Source: Mobula hypostoma | Lineage: Eukaryota | DNA length: 64,000 bases | Reading direction: 5' to 3' | Assembly (NCBI RefSeq): GCF_963921235.1 | Contig: NC_086121.1 | Coordinates: forward strand, 23,312,001-23,376,000 | Part shown: piece after piece, positions 25,031-37,600 of the stretch | Numbering within the stretch: position 1 is the first letter of the stretch | Layout: each line of letters starts with the position of its first letter | Program-made: the position numbers and the translations under genes | Notes under the pieces: generated by a model | Database searches by the model: none | Seen by the model: the letters and a program-made list of their open reading frames with translations, nothing else | Told to the model about the DNA's origin: nothing

Positions 25031-28000
25031 GGAAGGGTGAGGAGTACATTCTCTTCACCCACTATCTCTAATGTTTTATCTTTTGACCTGTAAACTAGTG
25101 GCTGGCAATGGTACTTCATATCTTTGATTCCGTGTACGTTACACATAACTTTGTCTTTACTCCAAGTTAAGAGAGGATTAAGATTCCAAACCCTTTAGTC
25201 AATTGCAAGGTTTCTCTAAAATACTAAAAGGGCTAATATTGGCGTTGGTCTCCCCCCTTTGAACTGTAATCGGCGACCAAATCGTGCTTTGCTTCGAATG
25301 CGAGAGCGAGAGTTTTTTACTCCAAATTGCACCTTGCTGGAAAATCTGATTTGTGAACCCAGCTCTGCTTTTTTTAAAATTCAAAGCTTTTAATTGCAAA
25401 CTTGGGGAGTATATCAAAGTATTATGCAATAATGGATGCAAACGACACAAGCTGAAGCTGGACACTTCCTGCTGTAGATTTTAAAATAAAGTGGCTAGAA
25501 ACATTCAGTAATTTGAACAACAACTATATTTCTATACAGTGTTTTAGTTTTATTTCTAATTTTTAGAAGCCACACTATTTTTATTTTCTGTGTTTATTTC
25601 TCCTTAATTGTATGCCCTTAAGGCCTAGATTATGCTCATTTTTTTCCTGAATTCAGTGTGATTGCTCTTTGTGCTTTACATTTCATGCTACCAATCCACA
25701 GAAAGGATGCATACACTAATTTCAGGTTTTAAAAAAAATAGTTTTGCGTCTTGCCTTTTGATATTTGAGTTGTGTGTTGCCAGTTAACAGTAGGGTGGCA
25801 GTTACTGCAACGTTATTACAGCTCAGAGTGTCAAAGTTCAATTCTGGCACCTTTTGTAAGGAGTCTTTTTACATCCTCCTTGTGGAATGTGTGGGTTTTC
25901 CCCAGTGCTCCCATTTCCTCCCACAGTCCAAAGACTTACCAGTTAGTAGGTTAAATAGTCATTGTAAATTGTCCCATGATTGGGTGAGGGTTAATCGGGG
26001 TTGCTGGGTTGGCATAGCTAGAAGGGTTGACTCCACACTGTATCGCAAAATAAATAAATAAATATCTTTTAATTAAAATGTTAATATGCAAAATTAGCAA
26101 TTTTATTTGATAATATTACCCTTGTTTATGATGATCCTGCATATTGCTACTTGGCAGTGATCCTGTGCAGTAACCCAAGTATCGGCAGATGAAAGTGTGA
26201 TGAAGTTTAATAACATCATTGTCCTTGAGTGGAACTATGTACACAGGTGCATTTGTTATCTTGTAATGTGCTATGAAGTGAAAAGGCAAATGGGATTTCA
26301 TGGAAATTGTGCAAATTGTTAGAGGGTTGGAGTCAGAATAGAGAGCTACAATGTTCTGTTAGTAATATGCAAAGATTATAAGCGTGCCCAAATGTACTGT
26401 AAATGAGGCCACTAGATTTCTGTATATTCTGTGCAGAACTGAATCATCATTGCCTGATTTATGATGTAACTGCTTCCATCTCTACAATGCTACACCATCT
26501 TTACGCTTTCCCACTTCAGTGAAAAAGTATCTACTCTCCAAATTTTACTTTGTAATACTCTCTTTGCTTGTTTATGGTAGCTAAGCCTTCTATCTGGAAA
26601 CTCCTCTGAAAACAGTTTCTTTGTTTCTTTATTGAAATTCACTTCTTTCACCAGACTATTTTAATAGCTGGCATCCATGCTGATTAATATTACTCCTTTA
26701 CACATTGCCATTAGTTTTCTACATTGAGGATCCTTTACAAATGCCACTTATTCCAGCTGATAGATACAGTATACATCAAACAGAAATTATCCTGCCTTTG
26801 AACTCCTTGTGTGACAGAATTATATATTAAAGGGGTGTAGCTCAGGTGGCAATTCATCCTGCTAATCCTGGTAAAACTTAATGAGAATTCTTGGGCACTG
26901 TATCACAGTGATGTGTTATAACCTTAAAATATTCTGCAGTTTTTTGCTATAGTTCTTAAAATGCACCCCACAGAGTTACCTATATATTCTGTTCACACTG
27001 TAGTGACGGTGTAATTCTAGCCACCTATTCTGATCCAATGCCCTGTCCTTTATTTTTCCTTCATTTTATACCAATTTTCTAAATTGGTCAATGATCAGGA
27101 AAATTACTATTGGGCTAGGTTTAATTTTGTAGATTATTTTTAAAATTGGAATGCATTTGACATTTTGGAATAAAAGAGAGACCTTTGGGATCCCAGTAGA
27201 ATTGATTAAATGTTACCTCAATGTTCCTAGGAACTTAAAACAAATGAAATGTCAGCATGCATGGTAAAAAGTATAATGTATAAATCCAAAGAGTATTTTA
27301 AAACTATCTTTGGCATCTGGAACACTGCACTCAGTCTTGGTCCTTGTTTCAAAAGCGGGTATCTAGTAAGGGTTGCAAATGTCTGTAAAGATGCAGAGCT
27401 TAAGGAAATAATGTACTTGCAAAAATTGACTCTCTTGGGTCAATTTTTGAATAGTGCCTGATCGCAATGATTAATCCGATTGAAGACTGTGACAGATTAG
27501 ATGCCAGCAATCACTTCTGCTTTGTACGGTATTAAACACAGGATTTAAGCAAAGTATTTGAGAGCAAATATCTCCACTTCAATAAGAAGCACATAGAACA
27601 CAAAAGCAAAATAATGAAAACGGTGAAAAGGTTCAAAGGTTCCTTTTATTATCAAAGTACGTGTGCAGAATACAACTCTGAGATTCGCCTTCCCCAGATA
27701 GCCAAAAAATACAGAAAGCCCATGAAGGTTGTTGAGGCCCCCCTCCCACATGAAAAACAAACACAACTCACAAAACCCAACCCCCCCCACCTCTCCCTCA
27801 CCTAAAAGTTAACAGATCACTCTCCCAGACAAGGCAGCTGAAACATCAAGTCCCTAACCATCCCCCCACTAAGCTTCTCCCACGCAAAACAAAACGGAGG
27901 CAATAACATCAAACACCCAACCCCTCCCTCACCCAAAAAAGTAACCTATCACCCACCTGCCAATTGACAACAAGAAAGAAAACACAGAAAACTGAAGGAG

Positions 28001-31000
28001 ATCAGTACAAACTACAGTCCACACCAATAATCACTTGTGTTTTGGAATTTCAAAAGCAACCTCCATTGGCACTGAGGAGAGCAACACCTCGAACTCAGTC
28101 CTTCCTTGGGGCCTTAATCCACCAAGAAGCAGCCTCCCACGGGGCCCGATGCGGGAAAATCCAGATTAAGTACAGTAAATGCTAGAAGTTCTCAGCAGGT
28201 CAAGCAGAAACTGTAGTGAAAGAAATGTGAAACCATAACGCTTTTCAGGAAGACGCTGCAGTTTCTGTTGAGAAATGAGGTAGTGTATGTGGAAATGCAG
28301 GAAGGGAATAGAGAAGATGGGTTGGCAGTTGTAGCCTGATGGTCCTTATAGCATGTATCTTTTTAAATGGCTGTAGAAATGTAACAAGGAAGAGAACCAT
28401 TTAATGGTGAAGTGTGTGTCCTTGCCTACACTATGCTAAACCACTTAAGGAAAAATAACTTTGATCTAATCTTTTCCTTTTTTTGCCCTACTTATTTAAT
28501 TTAATTTTGTTATATATATTTCTCACTTATAGTTTTTAAATTATGTTTCAAATGTTTTCATTGTGAAGCAACATCAGCTTAACCACAACCGACAATGTCC
28601 TAATGTACAATGCTTTTTTTTATTATAACAACATAATGAAAATCAAATGAATGTATGTATAGTAAACAAGCAAAAAGCAAAGGAAACCCTACCACCCCAT
28701 CTCCTTTCCCCTTCCCAGCCCTACCCTCCCCTCGCCCCTCCTGTATGTGCTGTTTTGGTCCTAGCGCGCACCCCCCCCCCCCCACACTTAGTTCGGCAGT
28801 CATTCTCTTCTAAATACAACAGTAATGGTTGCCAGGTTTTTTCAAATTCCTTGAGTCTGTCCTTGATAACGTATCTTATCCTCTCTGATGCAGAGTATCC
28901 ATTAATGCAGCCAGCCATTGTCTGAGTGATGGAGTTTCCTCCTTTTTCCAGAACATCAGTATTGAGTTTCTTTCCATTAAGTATGCCATAGGTCAGGAGT
29001 TGTTGCTGGGTAGCCTGGAATTTATTTGACCTCGCAGAAGTTCCAGATATTATTAAAATGGGGTCTGGTATTATCTGAACCTTTAGTACCTTTGATAGGA
29101 CTTCAAATATTTGCTTCCAATACTCTTGTATCCTGGGACATAAAGCATAACTATGTAACAAATTTGCCTCTGAGGACTTGCATTTCTCACACATTGGGGA
29201 CACCTCTGGGAATATTTTATGAGTCCTTACTTTTGAGTAATGTAGTCTATGCAGGATTTTAATAGTTTTTAAATTTTGTATTGTAATGTACTGCTGCCTC
29301 AAAACAACAAATTTCACAACATACGCCAGTGATATGGAACCTGATTCTGTTCCTGAATCGGTTTCCTCCTCGGATGCTGAATGACTGAATTGCTATTGAA
29401 ACATTGACAACATTTTGCAGGTGTCCTGTGAAAAAGATGATGAAATTGTTGATTTATATTTACTTAATTGAGAGCAGCACGAGCTTAACTAAAGTTGTGT
29501 CTTTCTCTTTGAAAGGAATTGTTTGTTTCGTGCTCTTGGTGATCAGCTGGAAGGTCACTCCCGGAACCACTTAAAGCACCGGAGAGAAACAGTAGACTTC
29601 ATGATAAAGCACCGGCAAGATTTTGAGCCATTTGTGGAAGACGATGTTCCTTTTGATCGATATGGTGAGCCCTGTATATGACTTCCTCAGTTATTAAACT
29701 TGTAAAAACACAATGGTAATTAAAATTACTTTTTTAAAACTTGTATTATTTATTGAGATGCAGTGTGTAATGGGCCGTTTGAGCCACCCCACCCAGCAAC
29801 CCTCGATTTAACCCTAGCCTAATCACGGGACAATTTACTATGACTAGCTAACCTACCAACCAGTATGTCTTTGGACTGCAGGAGGAAACCCACGTGGCCA
29901 CAGGGCAGAGTGTACAAACTCCTCACAGACAGTACTGGGAATTGAACCGGGGTCACTGGTACTATTAAAGTGTTGTGCTAACCACTATGCTGCCATACTG
30001 CGCCTCTGTTGAAGTAGAATATGTTCTAATAGTTAATCAACTTGGAAAGTGACTTCCTTTCTCTCCGCTGATGCTGAGGAAGAAATGCTCATTGTCAGAA
30101 TATTTTGTTTCAGATTTATGGCATTGCGAGTACTTTGTTTTTATATAATAATATGACTATTTAAACAAGAGTTGAGATCAGTTCCTGAACAAATGCATAT
30201 GTGTGACATGTTGGTTATCAGCTTTACTATGCTTTCCATCATTTAAATTCACTGTTTAGCTAGGGGCTGCTTGGAAGTGCGATTCTCCTCCAACGTTTTT
30301 TCTTCCAGACATAATGCTTAGCATGCCTCCCTTTCCCTGGGGACTTCCTTACCTGGAGTACAATTCCATCACTCTGAGGGGCATTGTTGCAACAGCTGAA
30401 ACTGCCTCTCTGTTAAACATTAGTGTGATTTACATCCTGTCGGATTTTGTTTTCATGGCAGTGCTTTGATATGATCCTGTTCTGCCAATAATGACTTGGG
30501 GCTGGAGGAGGGTAATGTACAAGAGAAGATGGGTGAAGAGTTGATAAATGATTATCTGCTTGTCTGAAATTAACAGTGGTTGCTATTGTCTCTGAAGGAT
30601 TGTGCGATGAAGCCTCTCAGTGAAAGATTTGGCAATAAACTCTGATTGATACAACGCACACAAAATGCTGGAGGAACTCAGCAGGTCAGGCAGCATCTAT
30701 GGAAAAATCGATGAGACCTGACGTAAATTGGGAGACTGCTTCGCTGAGCACCTACGCTCCATCCAGCAGATGAAACGGGATTTCCCAGTGGCCACCCATT
30801 TTAATTCCACTTCCCACTCCCATTCCAATATGTCAATCCATGGCCTCCTCTACTGCAGTGGTCCCCAACCTCCAGGCCGCAGACCGATACATTGCCGCGG
30901 AGAATGCAGAGGTGACCGGAACGCACCCAGCCCATCTTTAAGAAAAAAGGCAAAATAAACAAGCTAATTAATTAAGTGCCGCTTGGCACATAAATGTCAG

Positions 31001-31621
31001 CCCAGATCAGAGGCGACGCAATCGGCAACTGGGCGGCACCTAATTAATTAGCTTGTTTATTTCGGCTTTTTTCTTAAAGACGTGCTGGGTGCGCCCCGGC
31101 TACCGCTGCACCCCTGCATGCTTTGCAGCAATGTATGGGTCCGCGGCCCGGAGGTTGGGGACCACTGCTCCACTGTTGCAATGTGCCCACACTCAGGTTC
31201 GAGGAACAACACTTTGGGTAGCTTCCAACCTGATGGCGTGAACATCGATTCCTCAAACATCTGGTAATGGGTGCCCCCCCCCTTCACTGTTCCCTATCCC
31301 TTTTCCCCACTCTCACCTTCTTGCCTGCCCATCACCTCCCACTGGTGCTCTTCCCCTTTTCTTCCATGGCCTTCTGTCCTCTCCTATCAGACTACCCCCT
31401 TCTCCAGTCCTGTATCTCTTTCATAAATCAACTTCCCAGCTCTTTACTTAATCCCTCTCCCTCCAGGTTTCACCTATCACCTATCTCCCCTACCCCCCCT
31501 CCAACCTTTTAAATCTACTCCTCATCTTTTTTTCTCCAGTCATGCTGAAGGGTTTTGTCCCGAAATGTCGACTGTACTTTTTTCCATAGATGCAGCCTGG
31601 CCTGCTGAGTTCCTTCAGCAC

Positions 31622-31663
<42 letters not shown>

Positions 31664-34600
31664 GTTTAGATTTCCAGCATCTGCAGATTTTCTCTTGTAT
31701 CTGAACTGATACAGTACTTTTTAGTGTGTTGTTGGAATGTTGTCATCGATAAGATGCGAAGCTGGAACTCCACTCGAGCTGGGCACTGTTTAATGTTTAT
31801 ACATGAACTCCTATAACATGATCTTTTAAAGAGTTCGTCATTGCGTGTAAATTGGCTATTACAATTCCCATGTTAAAACTCACAAGTATATTTCAAAAGT
31901 ACTTCAGCTAGTGAAGTGCTTTCTCATATCCTGTGAGTGCAAGAGGTATTGTATGAATGCAAGCCTTTTAATTGCACTTCCCCACACAGTCTACAAATAC
32001 TGATCTGACCTCAGGACCTGGGTGGGGAGCCAGACTTTTGGATCAAGCGAATTATAGAAACGTGTAACTCTCAAACTTGTGTAATTACTTGCATGCATTT
32101 ATTAAGCCCAAGGTTACAGTTTAACTTTTCTGGGGACAGTTAATCAGCTTTTTGTTTGACTGAGACTAATGGTGTGCAAAGTTGCTGTTATACAAATATA
32201 AGAAACAAATACAAGAAATGTGTACACCACTCGAGTATTTAAAAAAAATTTAATCTAAGTGTTTACACACTTTACATTGGTCATATTTATTGTAAAAACG
32301 TTTACTGAATGTTAACAGAGTCACTCTTATTATGTGTTACTGAGTGCTTTCAAAATATGGTGGGTTAGCTCAAATAACTGCTGTTGTTACTCCTATACAT
32401 GCTGGCAATACTCCTATAATAATGTTGGACAAAAAATTACAGGATTTTAACTTGATGATAAAGAGCATAATTTGACCTTGGCCAGCTGGTGTGCAATTAA
32501 AATGAAAACTTGATAATGGTATTCACATGATCTTGCTCTTAGATAACAGTACAGCGACTCTGGGCCACATTTTGCTCTTTGACCATCTAAGGTCCTGTGC
32601 TGATGTTTATAGGTATAGCCTGCTCTTCTTACTGTTCTCCAAAGGAGACATGTTGCTACATGACTAAAAGCTCAAATATAATGTACTTCCTGAAAGTACA
32701 GCCATTTTTGAGAGAATTTCACGCAATGGACTCGCTGGCCATGGATCTGGTTGCCTCTGGATTGTAGCAGGTATAATAGGCAGATACTTAAACTCCAAAA
32801 CCTTGACAATTAATGATCTTTCAGCCATGATGTAGCAGCTTAACTGTACACATTGTTTTTTCCAACAAATACACTAAGGTATTTGGATAAAACAATGAAA
32901 CAAATCACACAAAAATTAGCGCAACACACACAAAATGCTGGGAAATGGGGGTGGTGAAGGAGAGGGGCATTACCGGAAGTTTGAGAAATCAATGTTCATG
33001 CCGTCTGGTTGGAAACTACCCAGACGGAATACAAGGTGATGGGATATAAACTTCACCATTCCCCATTCCCATTTTCCCCTCTCACCTTCTCTCCTTATCT
33101 TCTGGTGCTCCTCCCACTTTTCATTCTTCCATGGCCATCTGTCCTCTACAATCAGATTTCCCCCTTCTCCAGCCCTGTATCTCTTTCACCAATCAACTTC
33201 ACAGATCTTTACTTCACCTTTCCTCCCCCTGTCTGGGTTTCACCTATTACCTTGTGTTTCTTCCTCCCCTCCCCCCACCCTCTAACTCATACTCCTCATC
33301 TTTTTTTCTTCAGTGCTGATGAAGGGTTTTGGCCCGAAACATCGACTGTGCTCTTTTTTTTCCCCATAGATGCTGCCTGGCCTGCTGAGTTCTTCCAGCT
33401 TTTTGTGTGTGTGTTACTTGGATTTCCAGCATCTGCAGATTTTCTCTTGTTTGTGACAAAAATAAAACTAGAGATGACCAGCAAAATGCAGGTTTGGAAA
33501 TACAAGTAGTTTAAACGTGGTGTTGAAATGTTTAATTTATTGTGTTGAAGAGCAAAAAACTATTGTCAGTTACTAATGATTGATATGAATGGGTAAGCTA
33601 ACTTGATGTAATAGAGACCAATTCATTTCTAGCAAACTATAAATATTAAATCCAAATTTTTACCTCTGGGCAATATTTTCCATAACTCCATCTGTTTAAT
33701 AATTAATATTTAGCATATATAATTGAATATAACATGTTTTTGTATCTAATTTTCAGTTACAAATCTGGAAAAGCCAGGCACGTTTGTTGGCAATGATGTG
33801 ATAGTAGCCTTTGCAAGAAACAATCAAGTGAATATAGTGATCCACCAGCTTAACGCCCCACTTTGGCAGGTAAATTTAATGTTCAGTTCATATTATGGGA
33901 TACTATGATAGTGTACAGCAAGTGTTAGAGGCTGCTATATTGAAAAATGCCTATAGAACAGCACTGCAAAACATGAATGACTTTGTGAATGACTCCTGCA
34001 GAACGCTACCATATTACTTATAGTACTTGGCTGCTTCCCTCTGCAGTGTTCTGCAGTACACATCAAACTTGCATTGTAGTGATGTTATTTTGATGCACTG
34101 ACTCTGCATGAAGTGTCATGTCCTTCCTCTCCACTTTGGATATCGGTCTTGTTTGTGGGAACTGGTGTCTAGCAATTAACGTTTGAGAGTGATCAGTAGC
34201 ATTGACAGAGCCTGAAATTCAGAGTCAACTCTTATCTACCTCTGACTTAAAAATGCTAAAAGACTGCCCAACACCACCTCAACAGGCAACCTGCTGAAGG
34301 GTCTCAGCCCAAAACGTCGACTGTACTCTTTTTCCATAGAGGCTGCCTGGCCTGCTGAGTTCCTCCAGCATTTTGTGTGTGTTGCTTGGATTTCCAGCAT
34401 CTGCAGATTTTCTCTTGCTTGTCATAAGGTGACCAGACCATTTCCTGTTATTAGTTTAGTGAACCTTCTCTAAACTGCTTCTGATGTGTTAATGTCGCTC
34501 CTTAAGTAACAAGACCACTGTGCAGGGTATTCCAGATATGGTCTCACCCATGTCCTTTATAACAGAAGCTTGACCTTTTTTGTATTCAGTTTCCCTAGTT

Positions 34601-37600
34601 GCTGGTGGGCTGTACCTTTTCTATAAAGCAAACTAGAATGGGGCATCGCACATTATGTGTTACTCTGCTGTTTTTGCTCTCTTTAAAGCACTTGTATGAT
34701 GTGCATTTATAAAGAGTGTGTTTGATCTGTGAGTTACAGAGGATTGACTATAAGATCTTATGATACTCAAACAGAATCCGGCCATTCGATTCATTGAGTC
34801 TGCTCCACCGTTCCATCTTGCCTGACTTTTCTCCCCAACCCCATTCTCCCACCTTCTCCACAATCAAAGATGGAGAAATGCTGCTGATTAATTCTTCAAC
34901 ATAGCAGATTTTCATGTTAATGGTGTATTTTAATAGACATTTAAAATAACACTTGTTATAATGGTGATGAATACTGATGGTGAGACCCTGGAATGATTTC
35001 AATCCAGTGTTCTAAATACTGTAGAATTTGGAGATGTCTATTATATAAATTTGGCGTGGCCAAGTGGTTAGGGCGTTGGACTAGCGATCTGAAGGCCGTG
35101 GGTTGGAGCCTCAGCCGAGGCAGCGTGTGTGTCCTCGAGCAAGGCACTTAACCACACAGTGCTCCTGTCTACCCAGCTGAGAATGGGTACCAGCAAAAAT
35201 GCTGGGGGTTAACCTCACAATAGACTGGCGTCCTATCTGGGGGGGGGGGGTAGTTTCGTACTCTCAGTCGCTTCACATCACGGAAACCGGAATAAGGATC
35301 GGCCTGATGGGCCACAAGGCTCGTGACAGACTTTTAAAAAATTATATAAATGCCCATAGAGCTCTCAATATAATTTAAATCTCGCCGTTATGTGTATGTA
35401 AACACCATGTGAAAGTCTGTCTGAAACTCATTTTCATCCTATCAGCCAATCAATGTAGAGAGCAATTTTATCTGTGTAATGAAATGTGCCAAGGATACAC
35501 AGGTTTCCTTTATTAGTATACACGGTACAATGTAAACCTTGCCTCCATAAATTATATTACTTTGTGTTTCTGCATAAGATAATAAAATGGGCTGGATATG
35601 TGTAATGTCCAACAGCAAGTGAATCTGTAATGTTAATCAATTACTTTAACACTGCAGGTTTTTGGAACCAGGAAGAGTAATGCTGCCGAGTTGCATATTG
35701 CCTACAGATATGGAGAGCACTATGACAGTGTGCGTAAGGTCAATGATAATTCAGAAGCTCCTGCAAACCTAAGAACTGAGGTTGGTGAATGCATTTGACT
35801 GTCTCCTGGCCCTTGCACATTTGGAGGCCCAGTGGCTTTTTAGTGGTAAATGTGTAACGTTGACCAATGATTAGAGTTTTTAGACTATAACCAATTTCCC
35901 AGTTCTTAAGAAGGAAGAAGTCAGGGGAAAAAACATCCAAGTAACTAAAATCAAAGGTGATTAGAAAAAAAATTAGATTAGGTGGATATTTTGGTGTTGC
36001 TTGCAAACAAAACTGCAAGCTCCTATTAACATGAAGGTTTTAATTTCTTTCAGTGCTGGCTGTGGAATGAATTGAGTCAAAATTAACTATTTGGAGTGGC
36101 AGGAATGAAATAATTTAACTTTAGTGGATAATGGCATGTGTGACAGTAGTGAAAGGTAACTTCATTGCCCAGAGGTTTATGTAGCTTCTGATGAGAAAGC
36201 AATATTCTTTTATTGTAAGATGGTATCAGCAGCACCAGATCCACAAATATTCATGTTTTAAATATGTGACTGGCACAGATGCTCATGAAAGATGATTCAA
36301 AGAAGAAAGATCGAAACAAAATGTGTGACTACGAAGTGGAAGATATACGGGATTTTGAAAACGGAGGTTCAGAAATAGATATGGATGATGCAGTTCAAAA
36401 AGTACGCAATGCAACAGGATGCCTGGTGAGTAATCGGAAACAATTAGACAGGCTGCCTTCAGAAAATCTTGGTTAAGCTTGCAGAAAAGCAGATGAACTA
36501 GTATTCCCAGCTACTGGGACAATGTTCCCCATTTAATTAAAATCTGATTTGATGTCTTTTCATTTGCTATTATGAAGCTCACGCCTACTCCAGTTTCTAT
36601 TTCTGTATACAGCTTTTTTTCTGGGAGTTGCAACCCTTTTTTTGTTTTATTTATTGGCTCAATGATAAGTTCAGTATAGTGCAGAACTACAGTGGTAAAG
36701 TTCACGTGATCTGGTGTGGGACTCAGTCATACCAGTTTATAGTTTATTGGCTTATCAAGCCAAAGAGCAGTGGGGGTACCGTTTGAAAGTGAGGGACAGA
36801 ATTGGTTCTTTGGAATATCAGAATGGCCATCTGTGTATGGAGCCAAAAGAGATGGTGGAGCTCTCAAATCTGGTGGGTGGGGCGGGGGGCTTCGGGGCTG
36901 CGATGTTTTTATTATTCATTCTTTGGGATGTTTGTGAAGAATACAAATTTTAGGTTGTATACATACTCTGATATTAAATGAACCTTAAGTGGATTTTTTA
37001 CATCTGTATTTACTTGGGAGATGGACACAGAGTCTATAGAAATAAGGCATAGCAGCAGTGAGTTAATGGAATATGGATTAGAGGGGGAGGTTTTTCTGTC
37101 CTTATCCTGTTCGAGGAGGAAAATTAGGGTGGATAAATCCCCAGGGCCTCAATGTTCCCTCAGACCCTGTTGGAGGCCAATGCAGACATTACCGGGGCCC
37201 TAGCAGAGATATTTAAAATGTACTTCGCCACAGGGGAGGTGCAGGAGTATTGCTAATGTTGCTCAGTTGCTTAGAAATACTCTAAGAATAAGTCATAAAC
37301 TATAGGCCAGTGAGTCTGACATCCGTAATGGGTAAGTTATTGGAAGGTATTCTAAGGGACCAGATATGAGTATTCGGATAGACGGGGACTGATTAGCATA
37401 ACTTTGTGCATGGTAGTTTGTGTCTAACCAATCTTGTAGAGTTTTCAAGGAAGTTACCAGGAAAGCTGATGAAGGCAAGGTAGTGGATGTTGTTTACACA
37501 GTAATTTGTAAAGGTCCTGCATGGGAGGTTGGTCAAGAAGGTTCATTCATTCAGAACGAGGATTGGATTAGACATTGCCTTTGTGGGAGAAGCCAGAGAA

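Larger units (their letters stand above)
30653..31700. mobile_element. Inverted composite PLE (EN end plus pLTR) carrying a hAT MITE
   Basis: Short inverted arm at 30653-30705, then [17 protein letters not shown]...VATHFNS and a + strand pLTR. Confidence 0.85.

Noticed and set aside
28721-29317. 198-aa ORF as a standalone gene
   Set aside because: A chimera of an L1 ORF2 C-terminus and flanking repeat sequence across the TSD.
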